Below, piece by piece: positions 1 to 9,342 of a stretch of DNA of 64,000 bases (position 1 is the first letter of the stretch; every line of letters starts with the position of its first letter). The stretch spans positions 25,335 through 89,334 of the forward strand of contig JBBQAY010000003.1 in assembly GCA_038316965.1 (NCBI GenBank), read 5' to 3'. Source of the DNA: Candidatus Nanopelagicales bacterium (GTDB lineage: Bacteria > Actinomycetota > Actinomycetes > S36-B12 > CAIYMF01). A model generated the notes under the pieces. It saw only the letters and a list, made by a program, of their open reading frames with translations. It was not told the DNA's origin and did not search any database. The position numbers and the translations under genes were made by a program.

Positions 1-405
1 CCGCAGATCAGCGCAGTCATCGCTCATGAACGAGCGCATGTGCGGGGGCATCATCACATGATCCTCGAATCAGCCGGCTGGCTCAAACGTGCTCTTCCTT
101 GGGTGCCGTTGGTCCGCGACATTGCGGCGGCTCTACCGGGCGTCGTCGAACGCTTGGCCGATCAACGCGCGGCTAAAGCCACGTCAACCACAGCAGTCGC
201 CGGAGCTCTTCGCGCGTTGGCATCCGAACGAACGCCGGCGCGTGCTTTGGCCGCTGCGAATATCGATGTCGAAAGACGGATCCTCGACCTCCTGCAGCCA
301 GCCGCGCCGCGATCCGTGGCACACACACTGTTTCCCAGCGTGTGGTTTCTCCTGCTGACCATCACCGCCGCATTCGCAGCCGTGTCATCCTTCTGCCGCG
401 TATAG
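1..405 (+). CDS. M56/BlaR1-like zinc metallopeptidase, 5' partial
   Basis: Frame 1 from base 1 reads PQISAVIAHERAHVRGHHH (HExxH), later E-x-x-ADQRA, with a C-terminal TM segment. Confidence 0.75.
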   Translation, partial: PQISAVIAHERAHVRGHHHMILESAGWLKRALPWVPLVRDIAAALPGVVERLADQRAAKATSTTAVAGALRALASERTPARALAAANIDVERRILDLLQPAAPRSVAHTLFPSVWFLLLTITAAFAAVSSFCRV

Positions 406-517
406 ACGATCCCCGGCCAACCAGAGCACTCCCACGGGGTCTGACCGCAGCGGAGTCTGTCCTGCGACCCGCAAACTCAGGGTGCGCCGCTCTTCCTCGA
501 GGCATCCGACTTGTGCT

Positions 518-565
518 AGATACCCGCCGGAGGTATCTTGAGTGTATACCCCCTAGGAGTACTGT
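518..565 (+). promoter_or_regulatory. Two CsoR/RicR-type operators overlapping the csoR-copZA promoter
   Basis: AGATACC-cgccgga-GGTATCT (518-538) and TACCCCCTAGGAGTA (547-561); candidate -35 TTGAGT (538-543) and -10 TACTGT (560-565). Confidence 0.75.
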
Positions 566-575
566 GAGGGACACC

Positions 576-869
576 GTGGGCGCGTTATCGCCTGGATACA
601 GCGAGAACAAGACCGCTCACCTCAAGCGGTTGCGCCGGATCGAGGGGCAGGTCCGGGGGCTGCAACGGATGGTCGAGTCAGACAGTTACTGCATCGACGT
701 CCTGACCCAGATTTCGGCTGCCACCAGGGCTCTGGAGTCGGTGGCCTTGCTGCTGCTCGAGGAACACCTTTCTCACTGCGTCGCCGAGGCAGTTGTTGTC
801 GGCGGCGACACGGCTGACGCGAAGATCAAAGAGGCGTCCGCGGCGATCGGTCGCCTAGTCCGTTCATGA
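576..869 (+). CDS. csoR: Copper-sensing repressor, CsoR/RicR family
   Basis: RLRRIEGQVRGLQRM, YCIDVLTQ, HLSHC (Cys/His/Cys ligands); GTG start after GAGGG. Confidence 0.93.
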   Translation: MGALSPGYSENKTAHLKRLRRIEGQVRGLQRMVESDSYCIDVLTQISAATRALESVALLLLEEHLSHCVAEAVVVGGDTADAKIKEASAAIGRLVRS

Positions 870-904
870 CACCCCAACACCACAGCGGCAAAGGAGAGCA
901 CCCC

Positions 905-1132
905 ATGGCCAGCATCACGTACCGCGTCGATGGCATGACTTGCGGGCACTGCGAGTCAGCCGTCATCGGCGAACTCGCATCCCTGCAGGGCGTCACCGAC
1001 GTCACCGTCGATCTGCACGCCGACGGCACCTCGAAAGTCACGGTGACCAGCCCCGCCCCTCTCACCGACGAGCAGGTCGCCGCCGCGCTCGACGAGGCTG
1101 GCGACTACCGCCTCGTCGGCGCTGACCGCTGA
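905..1132 (+). CDS. copZ: Copper chaperone (HMA domain)
   Basis: GMTCGHC motif; AAGGAG RBS. Confidence 0.92.
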   Translation: MASITYRVDGMTCGHCESAVIGELASLQGVTDVTVDLHADGTSKVTVTSPAPLTDEQVAAALDEAGDYRLVGADR

Positions 1133-1163
1133 TCCAGCTACGCCGAACATCGGAGTGCCGCAC

Positions 1164-3443
1164 ATGATCGAACCGAGCACGACCCAGACGCGCACGGTCG
1201 AGCTGTCGATCGGCGGGATGACGTGCGCGTCGTGTGCTGCTCGAGTGGAGAAGAAGTTCAACAAGCTGGCCGGGGTGGCTGCCACCGTCAACTACGCCAC
1301 CGAGAAGGCGAGGGTTGTCTTCCCCGAGGACCTCCAAACACAGGCCCTCGTGGAGGTCGTGGAGGCCACCGGCTACACCGCTACCCTGCCGACCCCATCC
1401 ACCTCGTCCAGCGGCGAGTCACAGACGGAGCGCGACCCGCGCGAAGCGGAGACCGCCGCGCTCAAGCAGCGCCTGCTCATCTGCATTGCCTTGACCCTTC
1501 CGGTTGTGGCGATGTCGATGATCCCGGCGCTGCAGTTCACCAACTGGCAGTGGCTGGCCCTGACCCTGGCTTCCCCGGTCGTGGTCTGGGGTGCTTGGCC
1601 TTTCCACACGGCCGCATGGACCAACGCCCGCCACGGCGCGGCCACCATGGACACCTTGATCTCGGTCGGTGTACTCGCCGCCTACACCTGGTCGCTTTAC
1701 GCGTTGTTCATCGGCACGGCCGGGATGCCGGGCATGACGATGACCTTCACGCTCTTCCCCGCCCGCGGCACCTCGGCCGACGAGATCTACTTGGAGGTCG
1801 CCTCCGCTGTCACGGTCTTCATCTTGACCGGGCGCTACATCGAGGCCCGGGCCAAGACCCGCTCCGGCGCGGCGCTTCGTGCCCTGCTGCAGATGGGAGC
1901 CAAGGACGTCGCCGTCATCCGCGACGGGACCGAGGTGCGGATCGGAGTGGACCAGCTCGCCGTCGGAGACACCTTCATCGTCCGGCCCGGGGAGAAGATC
2001 GCGACCGACGGGATCGTCACCGAGGGCAGCTCCGCAGTCGACGCCTCGATGCTGACCGGAGAGTCGGTGCCGGTCGAGGTCGGCCCGGGCGCGGCTGTCG
2101 TGGGGGCCACCGTCAACGCCGGCGGAAGCCTGCAGGTGCGCGCCACCCGGGTCGGATCGGACACCCAGCTCGCGCAGATGGCCCGCCTGGTCGCCGACGC
2201 GCAAAACGGCAAGGCTGACGTCCAACGACTCGCCGATCGAGTCTCAGCGGTCTTCGTCCCCGTGGTGATCGCGCTTTCATTCGCGACGCTGCTGGGTTGG
2301 CTGGTGACCGGGCACAGCGCCACCGAGGCGTTCACCGCGGCCGTCGCGGTGCTGATCATCGCCTGCCCGTGCGCGCTGGGTCTGGCCACTCCGACCGCAC
2401 TCATGGTCGGCACCGGCCGCGGCGCGCAGCTTGGCATCCTGATCAAGGGGCCGCAGGTCCTGGAGTCCACCCGACGGGTGGACACCGTCGTGCTGGACAA
2501 GACCGGCACCGTCACTACCGGGAAGATGGCCCTGCTGGACTGGGTGCCCGCCGATGATGTGACCGCCGCCGAGCTGCTGCGACTCGCCGGTGCGGTCGAA
2601 GACGCCTCCGAGCACCCGGTCGCCCAAGCCATTGCCCGCGCAGCCCGCGATCACGGCGCAGAGCAGGGAGGCTCCTTGCCGACCGTGTCTGGCTTCGCCA
2701 ACCACGGCGGGCTCGGCGTCAGCGCCATCGTGGAGGGCCACGCCGTCGTCGTGGGTCGCCGCTCCTGGCTTGTTGAGCAGTGGTCGATGACCCTCGACCC
2801 GGTGCTGATCGCAGCAGCGGACAACGCGGAGGCGGAGGGCCGCACCCCGGTCTGGGTCGGATGGGACGGCTCGGTGCGTGGTGTGCTGGTCGTGGCCGAC
2901 ACGATCAAGGCGACTTCGGCCGGGGCGGTCGCCGCGCTGCGCCGACTCGGCCTGACCCCCGTCCTGCTCACCGGGGACAACACACGCGCGGCCCACACAG
3001 TCGCCGCCGAGGTCGAGATTACCGAGGTCATCGCCGAGGTTCTTCCGGCCGGCAAGGTCGACGTGATCAAGAAGCTGCAAGACGAGGGCCGGGTGGTGGC
3101 CATGGTCGGCGACGGCGTGAACGACGCCGCGGCACTGGCCCAATCCGACCTAGGAATCGCGATGGGCACCGGCAGCGATGTGGCCATCGAAGCCTCCGAC
3201 CTGACCCTGGTCCGGGGGGACCTGCGTTCGGCGGGCGACGCGATCCGGCTGTCCCGGGCGACGCTTCGCACCATCAAAGGAAACCTGTTCTGGGCGTTCG
3301 CCTACAACGTGGCAGCACTCCCACTGGCCGCGCTGGGGTTCCTCAACCCGCTGATCGCCGGCGCGGCGATGGCGTTCAGCTCGGTATTCGTGGTCACGAA
3401 CAGTTTGCGATTGCGCCGATTCCAGACCGGCGCCACGACATGA
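1164..3443 (+). CDS. copA: Cu(I)-exporting P1B-1 ATPase
   Basis: GMTCASC, TGES, CPC, DKTGT, SEHP, GDGVND, YN and MAFSS motifs. Confidence 0.95.
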   Translation: MIEPSTTQTRTVELSIGGMTCASCAARVEKKFNKLAGVAATVNYATEKARVVFPEDLQTQALVEVVEATGYTATLPTPSTSSSGESQTERDPREAETAALKQRLLICIALTLPVVAMSMIPALQFTNWQWLALTLASPVVVWGAWPFHTAAWTNARHGAATMDTLISVGVLAAYTWSLYALFIGTAGMPGMTMTFTLFPARGTSADEIYLEVASAVTVFILTGRYIEARAKTRSGAALRALLQMGAKDVAVIRDGTEVRIGVDQLAVGDTFIVRPGEKIATDGIVTEGSSAVDASMLTGESVPVEVGPGAAVVGATVNAGGSLQVRATRVGSDTQLAQMARLVADAQNGKADVQRLADRVSAVFVPVVIALSFATLLGWLVTGHSATEAFTAAVAVLIIACPCALGLATPTALMVGTGRGAQLGILIKGPQVLESTRRVDTVVLDKTGTVTTGKMALLDWVPADDVTAAELLRLAGAVEDASEHPVAQAIARAARDHGAEQGGSLPTVSGFANHGGLGVSAIVEGHAVVVGRRSWLVEQWSMTLDPVLIAAADNAEAEGRTPVWVGWDGSVRGVLVVADTIKATSAGAVAALRRLGLTPVLLTGDNTRAAHTVAAEVEITEVIAEVLPAGKVDVIKKLQDEGRVVAMVGDGVNDAAALAQSDLGIAMGTGSDVAIEASDLTLVRGDLRSAGDAIRLSRATLRTIKGNLFWAFAYNVAALPLAALGFLNPLIAGAAMAFSSVFVVTNSLRLRRFQTGATT

Positions 3444-3456
3444 CACTGACGGCCGT

Positions 3457-3490
3457 TGACTCAATGTCTCACGCGTGAGACATTGAGTCA
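3457..3490. promoter_or_regulatory. Perfect 34-bp palindrome, likely TA operator/promoter
   Basis: TGACTCAATGTCTCACG|CGTGAGACATTGAGTCA, ending on the A of the antitoxin ATG. Confidence 0.75.
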
Positions 3491-3726
3491 TGACCGAGGT
3501 GAGTGTTCGAGATCTGCGCAATCACGGTGGCGACGTGCTGGACTCGGTGATGCGCGGGGAGAGCGTCACGGTGACGCGGCAGGGCAAGCCGATCGCCGAG
3601 CTGCGGCCCCTCGCAGAGGGCGGCACACCGGCCACGCTCCTGGCCGAGCGGTGGCGCGCCATCCCAGTCCTCGACTTCGCGGCCCTTCGATCTGACCTCG
3701 ACGAGGTTCTGGACGCGACGCTTTGA
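3490..3726 (+). CDS. Phd/YefM-family antitoxin
   Basis: VSVRDLRN...V..GESVTVTRQGKPIAELRP; overlaps the toxin start. Confidence 0.9.
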   Translation: MTEVSVRDLRNHGGDVLDSVMRGESVTVTRQGKPIAELRPLAEGGTPATLLAERWRAIPVLDFAALRSDLDEVLDATL

Positions 3727-4136
3727 CCGCCCACGAACGGGGCCTTCTGGACACCAGCGTCGTGGTGAGCCTGGGTGGGTTCACCGACTTCGAGGCCCTG
3801 CCGACTCGGTGCTTCGTGTCCGCGATCACCCTCGCGGAGCTCTCGGTCGGTCCGCTGGTGGCCAGATCGGATGCAGAGCGGATCGCCCGCCAGAGCGTGC
3901 TGCAACAGGTGGAGGCGGACTTCCACCCGATCCCGTTCGACGACCGGGCCGCTCGCGCTTTCGGTCGGGTCGCCGCGCAGCTTCGCGCGTCGGGGCGCAA
4001 GACGACAGCTCGCGCGTACGACGCTCTCATTGCCGCAACGGCTGTGGCCAACGACCTCCCCGTAGTCACCCGCAATCCCGATGACTTCGCCGAGATCGAG
4101 TCCCTCACCGTCCTCGTCCTGGACGCCGCCCCGTAG
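3723..4136 (+). CDS. vapC: VapC PIN-domain toxin
   Basis: LLDTSVV, TLAEL, YDALIAATA, TRNPDDF. Confidence 0.92.
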   Translation: MTAHERGLLDTSVVVSLGGFTDFEALPTRCFVSAITLAELSVGPLVARSDAERIARQSVLQQVEADFHPIPFDDRAARAFGRVAAQLRASGRKTTARAYDALIAATAVANDLPVVTRNPDDFAEIESLTVLVLDAAP

Positions 4137-4312
4137 CGGGACCTGCCCCGACAGGCTGGCCGCCCGGCGCGAATGTGATCCCATGACCAGAGGCTGCTCG
4201 TGGGTCAAGATCGTTGACCGCAGGAGACCGTAGGCGGGGCCGAGGAGCCGGTGGACGTATCCGGTAGCCGGTGAAGCAGGCGGTTCCCCGCCTGCACGAT
4301 CGCGCTCGCAGG

Positions 4313-4424
4313 CAGCCTCGCGCCAGCCCTGACGCAACCGCCGACGGTCTCGCGCCAGCCCCAGCGCAATCTCGAAGGTCTACGGCACGCCAATTGCAAC
4401 CGCCGTGACAGCCTCGCGCCAGCC
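4313..4424 (+). repeat. Three imperfect direct repeats with core CTCGCGCCAGCC
   Basis: Copies end at 4328, 4360 and 4424; the last two are preceded by GCAACCGCCG. Confidence 0.7.
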
Positions 4425-4643
4425 GCGTGACAACCCCTATCTGGTCGCCTAGCCGTCATGGTCATCGGTCCGGCGCCAAGCAGCGGGTCCTTCTGGACCT
4501 CGACGCCGGGGTCACCCCTGGTCCCGGATCGCGAGCCGAGTTCGGCGGGGCCCTGGGTCTCGGCATGTCGTCGCGGGGCCTTTGTCGGTGCGAGGCTTCA
4601 TGCTCGTGGCCGTCGCACATAGCGCACGTTCTGTTCGGAGGCA

Positions 4644-6011
4644 GTGATGAAGGGTTCGACGTACAAGCGGTGTTCCTGTCCGGTCGAGCGTGACGCCAAA
4701 GGCATCCGGAAGGCGTGCAAGAAGCCGCATGGCTCGTGGGTGTTTGTCGCCGATCTTGGGCGCACTTCGGCCGGCAAGCGGCTGCAGGTCAAGCGCTCCG
4801 GGTTCGCGACGAAGAACGCCGCGAACCAGGCGCTGGCCGAGCTACTCGACCAGTCGAACAAGGGTCAGGTCGCCCACGACGACCGACAGACCGTCGCCAC
4901 GTTCCTGACCGACTGGTTGGACGCCAAGGAACGACAAGGGCTACGGCCGACCACGGTGCGCTCCTACCGCGGTCATCTCGACACCTACCTGATCCCCGAG
5001 CTCGGACACCTGCGGCTGCGTGACCTGCGCCCGGGGCACGTCGAGGCGGTGCTGCGCGCCGCCGCTGAACCCAGACCCGACCGCCGCCCGGTCGGCCCGG
5101 CGACGGTGCGGCGCATCCACGCCACCTTGCGCTCCGCGCTCGCGACGGCGAAACGCAAACGACTCATCGGCTACAACCCGGCCGTTGACCTCGACCTACC
5201 CAAGGCCACTCGACCCACAGTCCGGCCGTGGGAGGCCGCCGAGCTCGGCAGGTTCCTCGACCACGCCGCGACCGACCGGCTCGGCGCCCTGTATGAGGTC
5301 ATCGCGCTGACCGGACTTCGCCGCGGCGAGGCGTGCGGGTTGCGTTGGCAAGACGTCGACCTCCAGCGGCAGCGGCTGGTCATCAGCCAGCAACTCGTTC
5401 AACTCGGCCACCAGGTCCTCATCGGGCCGATCAAAACCGCCGCCGGGCAAGACCGCGTCGTCGACCTCGATGAGATCACCATCGGCGCACTGCTCGCAGC
5501 CCGCCTGCGCCAGGACACCGAACGGGCCGCGTGGGGCGACGCTTGGAGCGATACCGGGCTGGTCTTCACCCGCGAAGACGGCACTGCGTTGCACCCCGAG
5601 ACCGTCACCAAGCGCTTCCGGCAACTCTCGATCGCCGCCGGTCTGCGGCCTGTGCGACTGCACGATCTCCGGCACGGCCAAGCCTCGCTGATGCTCGCGG
5701 CGGGCGTGCCGATCGCCGTGGTGTCCAAGCGACTCGGGCACTCCTCCATCGCGATCACCTCCGGCACCTTCGCCCACTTGCTCGAGGGAGTCGGGCGGAC
5801 AGCCGCAACGGCCGCCGCGAATCTCGTTCCTCGAGCCGGCCAGGCAACACCCACCCAAGGAACGTGTGACCAATCGGTGACCAATCCGGCCTCGGAGGAG
5901 GCTCCCAGAGCTCCACGATCGGATGTATCTGCAGGTCAGCGAGGTGGGCCGCCTGGGGATCGAACCCAGAACCCGCGGATTAAAAGTCCGCTGCTCTGCC
6001 GATTGAGCTAA
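4644..6011 (+). CDS. Tyrosine integrase, probably catalytically inactive (Tyr to Phe)
   Basis: TGLRRGE, HDLRH and LGH present; ITSGTFAH lies where a T-x-D-T-Y-x-H-like motif is expected; the stop lies within the tRNA, on the opposite strand. Confidence 0.9.
   Translation: MMKGSTYKRCSCPVERDAKGIRKACKKPHGSWVFVADLGRTSAGKRLQVKRSGFATKNAANQALAELLDQSNKGQVAHDDRQTVATFLTDWLDAKERQGLRPTTVRSYRGHLDTYLIPELGHLRLRDLRPGHVEAVLRAAAEPRPDRRPVGPATVRRIHATLRSALATAKRKRLIGYNPAVDLDLPKATRPTVRPWEAAELGRFLDHAATDRLGALYEVIALTGLRRGEACGLRWQDVDLQRQRLVISQQLVQLGHQVLIGPIKTAAGQDRVVDLDEITIGALLAARLRQDTERAAWGDAWSDTGLVFTREDGTALHPETVTKRFRQLSIAAGLRPVRLHDLRHGQASLMLAAGVPIAVVSKRLGHSSIAITSGTFAHLLEGVGRTAATAAANLVPRAGQATPTQGTCDQSVTNPASEEAPRAPRSDVSAGQRGGPPGDRTQNPRIKSPLLCRLS
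5866..5886 (+). repeat. Tandem GTGACCAATC x2, candidate integrase arm-type sites
   Basis: 10-bp direct repeat with 11-bp period about 60 bp from the tRNA 3' end. Confidence 0.6.
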
Positions 6012-6017
6012 CGGCCC
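5945..6017 (-). tRNA. tRNA-Lys (anticodon TTT)
   Basis: Reverse complement GGGCCGTTAGCTCAATCGGCAGAGCAGCGGACTTTTAATCCGCGGGTTCTGGGTTCGATCCCCAGGCGGCCCA forms a cloverleaf; followed by CCT rather than CCA. Confidence 0.97.
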
Positions 6018-6420
6018 GGCGTAGGGGAGGAGCTGCGTGTTCAACCTTAGGGACAACCCTAGGAACAGCTCCTCCCGGGTTCCGCCCGGATCGGCGGCCA
6101 GAGTCAGCGTCGCCGGAGAAGCCGGGACACACCAGAGCCTCCATCAATCCCGGGGCGGTTCACATCCCACTGCGCCTACATCCACGATCGGTCAAGGTAG
6201 CGGCCGCTAGCGCCGTTCGCGGATCATCCTGCCGTTCTGACCCGCTCCAGGATGGCGGCGGCGGCTCGACCTCGATCTGGGTGCGCAAGACAGTCGGCGG
6301 ACCGCTCCTCCGCCGCGACCGGGCCAGCACGGAGTACGAGCAGTCGGTCGTCCGGGCCGAAAGGGCCATCCCGGGCGACTTCGCGGACGCCCTCGAGTGC
6401 GAGAAGCGTCGGCGCCGGGA

Positions 6421-8967
6421 CTAGCGATACGTCGACGTGTCCGGTGCACCCGTGGGGAACCGCGTCCCCAGCAGGGTGCGGAACTGCTCGGGCGGGACCG
6501 CCTGCGAGTAGAGGAAGCCCTGCGCACCTGGGCAGCCCAGCGCCCTGAGGCAGTCCGCCTGCTCCTGGTGCTCGACTCCCTCGGCCGTGACACTCAGCTT
6601 CAGACGATCAGCTATGGCGATGAGCGCACCCACGAGCTGGTAGTCCTCGCTGCGCGTGGTGATGTCGGCCACGAAGCTGCGGTCGATCTTGAGGACGTCG
6701 ATGGGGTACCGGTGCAGGTAGGTCAGGGATGCGTACCCGGTCCCGAAGTCGTCGATGGCGAGGTGCACGCCGCGTTCGTGAATGCCAGAGAGGTTCTCCT
6801 TGGCGACCGCAGTCTCGTTCAGAAGCGCGGTCTCGGTGATCTCCAGGCAGAGCCGACCCGCATCGAGGCCACTGGTCGACAGCGCCTCGTCCACGGCTTC
6901 CAGGAGCCCGGCCTCACCGAGCTGACGGGCTGAGACGTTCACCCTGACAGTGATCTCGCCCCCGTGGTCGCCGGCCGCCCAGGACGCGGCTTCCAGGCAC
7001 GCCTGGCGGAGAACCCAGTCACCGATGTCGTTGATCAGCCCGGTCTCCTCGGCGACATCGACGAAGCGCCCGGCGGTCAGCGTCTCACCGCTGGGGTGGT
7101 GCCAGCGCATCAGCGCTTCCGCAGCGATCACGCGGCCCGTGACGAGATCGATCTCAGGTTGGAACCACACCGCGAGCTGGTCTCGCTCCAGGGCGTGCCG
7201 CAGATCGCTCTCGACCGAAAGGCGGGTGGCGACCGCCTCTCGCAGCTCGTCGTTGAACACCACGACCCGGTCGCGCCCGTAGTCCTTGGCCGCGTACATG
7301 GCCGTGTCCGCCTCGCGCAGCAGGTCGGAGGCCTTGCTCTCCGCACCTGAGATCGCGACTCCGATGCTGGCTGTGCAGAACAGTTCGCCGTCAGGGCCTG
7401 GGAATGGTTGCCGGAACGACTCGACGAGGCGCCATGCGGCGCGTACCGCCTCAGCAGGGTCGTGGAGGTTCCGCATGATCACGACGAACTCGTCGCCGCC
7501 CATCCGCCCGATCAGGTCGCCGCCCCGGACCGTCCCCGCGAGCCGCTGTGCAGCGAACGTCAGGAGCCGGTCGCCGACGCCGTGCCCGAGCGAGTCGTTG
7601 ACGAGCTTGAACCGGTCCAGGTCGATCATCAGGACGCCGATGGCGTCGGCCGTGCGGCGCGCTGCCAGCAGGCCACGGTCGAGGTCGTCGAGCACGGCTG
7701 GGCGATTGGCGAGTCCGGTCAGGGAGTCGTGCGTCGCCATCTCGCGCAGGGACTGCTCGGCGGCCACTCGCTCACTGACGTCGCGGTTCGTCGAGAGCAC
7801 GTGGGAGACGGCCCCGTCGGCTCCGAACTGGGGGGACAGGTTCGCCTCATACCAGCGGTGGCCCTCGGTGTTGTCTACCTCGTACGGCATCGACTGAGCC
7901 TGTCCCGTGGCGAACACCGATCCGATCTGAGCAGTCCAGGACGCCACCGCAGCAGGTGGGAATCCGAGCTCTTCCATCGACTTGCCGATCCACGCCTCGG
8001 CGGGAATGCCGGCCAGCTCGACCGCTCTGCGGTTGACGTACTCGATCCTCATATCGGGTCCGAAGATCGCGGTGCCGTCGCGTGAGTGATCGACTGCTAC
8101 GGCCAGCAAGGCCTCGGAGTCGCGAAGCTGAGCCTCCATGACCTTGCGTGCGGTGACGTCGCGGCTCGTGGTGATCACGTGCGCCACCGTCCCGTCCTCG
8201 CCGAACTCAGGGTCGACCCGGGTCTCGACAAAGCTGTGCCCGTTGAGCAGCTCGACCTCGAACTCGTGAAGCACTGACTCGCCCGTTGCAAACACCTGGC
8301 GGTTGTACTCGTCCCACGTGGCCGTCAGTTCGGCGGGGTACCCCGCCTCATCGAATGTCTTGCCCTTCCAGTCCTCCAACGAGATCCCCGTGAGCTCGAC
8401 CAAGCGTCTGTTCACGTACTCCACGCGCAGATCCGGACCAAATCGCATGATCGCGTCCGACGTGCTGTCCAAGACCACTCTCAGCAAGGCTTCGGACCGG
8501 GCGAGGAGTCGCTCTGCAGAAGCCTCACTGGTGACGTTGTGAGCAGTCACGACGACGACGCCGCCGTACGGGTGCGCTTCTACGTCGAAGGCACCCACGA
8601 TCCCGTTCTCGTCGAACGCCGGGACCCGCATGCCGCTGGGCCTCCCGGTGCGCAGAGGCTCCACGAAACATGCGAGTACGCCCTGGCGCACGACGGACGG
8701 GAACACCTCGACGAGGCGCCGTCCCACCACCTCGGCAGCGGGGTGCCCGTAGAGGCGTTCGGCTGCCTCGTTCAGGAACCGGTAGCGCAGGTCCACCACG
8801 TTGCCGTACTCGTCCCGCTCGGCCTCGAAGATGAACATGGCCTCGTCCAACGAGCCGAGGGACGCCCGCACCTGAGCCTCGTCGACCTCCCACCCGGGCC
8901 GCGCAGACTCGTCCGGGATCCCACCATGACGCGGCGACGTCGAAGCCCCGATGTCGGGCTCACTCAT
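6421..8967 (-). CDS. PAS(x3)-GGDEF-EAL diguanylate cyclase/phosphodiesterase
   Basis: Intact GGDEF, EAL, EITE and DDFGTG motifs; three PAS-like repeats; GGAGG RBS. Confidence 0.93.
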   Translation of the reverse strand: MSEPDIGASTSPRHGGIPDESARPGWEVDEAQVRASLGSLDEAMFIFEAERDEYGNVVDLRYRFLNEAAERLYGHPAAEVVGRRLVEVFPSVVRQGVLACFVEPLRTGRPSGMRVPAFDENGIVGAFDVEAHPYGGVVVVTAHNVTSEASAERLLARSEALLRVVLDSTSDAIMRFGPDLRVEYVNRRLVELTGISLEDWKGKTFDEAGYPAELTATWDEYNRQVFATGESVLHEFEVELLNGHSFVETRVDPEFGEDGTVAHVITTSRDVTARKVMEAQLRDSEALLAVAVDHSRDGTAIFGPDMRIEYVNRRAVELAGIPAEAWIGKSMEELGFPPAAVASWTAQIGSVFATGQAQSMPYEVDNTEGHRWYEANLSPQFGADGAVSHVLSTNRDVSERVAAEQSLREMATHDSLTGLANRPAVLDDLDRGLLAARRTADAIGVLMIDLDRFKLVNDSLGHGVGDRLLTFAAQRLAGTVRGGDLIGRMGGDEFVVIMRNLHDPAEAVRAAWRLVESFRQPFPGPDGELFCTASIGVAISGAESKASDLLREADTAMYAAKDYGRDRVVVFNDELREAVATRLSVESDLRHALERDQLAVWFQPEIDLVTGRVIAAEALMRWHHPSGETLTAGRFVDVAEETGLINDIGDWVLRQACLEAASWAAGDHGGEITVRVNVSARQLGEAGLLEAVDEALSTSGLDAGRLCLEITETALLNETAVAKENLSGIHERGVHLAIDDFGTGYASLTYLHRYPIDVLKIDRSFVADITTRSEDYQLVGALIAIADRLKLSVTAEGVEHQEQADCLRALGCPGAQGFLYSQAVPPEQFRTLLGTRFPTGAPDTSTYR

Positions 8968-9342
8968 GGCGCCACCTCCAAGCACTGCGAGTGAAGCAGG
9001 TCGACAAGCGGGTGTCCTGTCCTCGGTCGCGTTTCACCGAGTGGTGTCACGCGAGCTGTTCCGGAGCACGCAGATAGGGCGCGCGGGATGGTCGACGCGG
9101 TGCGCGATGGCCCATCGTCGCTCAGCACCACCGATCACGTCGTCGGCCCCCCTTGCGCCACCTCAGCGCCTGGCAGCAGGCGCCGGCCGGCCGCAGGCCC
9201 GGGATGGGTTTCCCGATGCTCGGGTCGTTCCCCGAGGAGCGCGCAGCTGCGGGATCGCGGATACTGGGCGGGAAGGATGCCCGTCACGTCGGGCCCGGAT
9301 CAACCCTTGCCGCAGGTCCCCTGCAGCCCCGATGAGAGCGCC

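Larger units (their letters stand above)
1..5945. mobile_element. Right end of a genomic island integrated at tRNA-Lys; extends beyond the left edge of the window
   Basis: Tyrosine integrase abuts and overlaps the tRNA 3' end; cargo is a copper-resistance operon and a TA pair; tandem arm-type-like repeats lie next to the tRNA. Confidence 0.8.

Noticed and set aside
3457-3490. Protelomerase (hairpin telomere) target site
   Set aside because: No protelomerase in the window; position at a TA start is better explained as an operator
4365-4415. HNH endonuclease remnant (NLEGLRHANCNRRD)
   Set aside because: Too short, with no upstream DH or CxxC context and no start; may be chance
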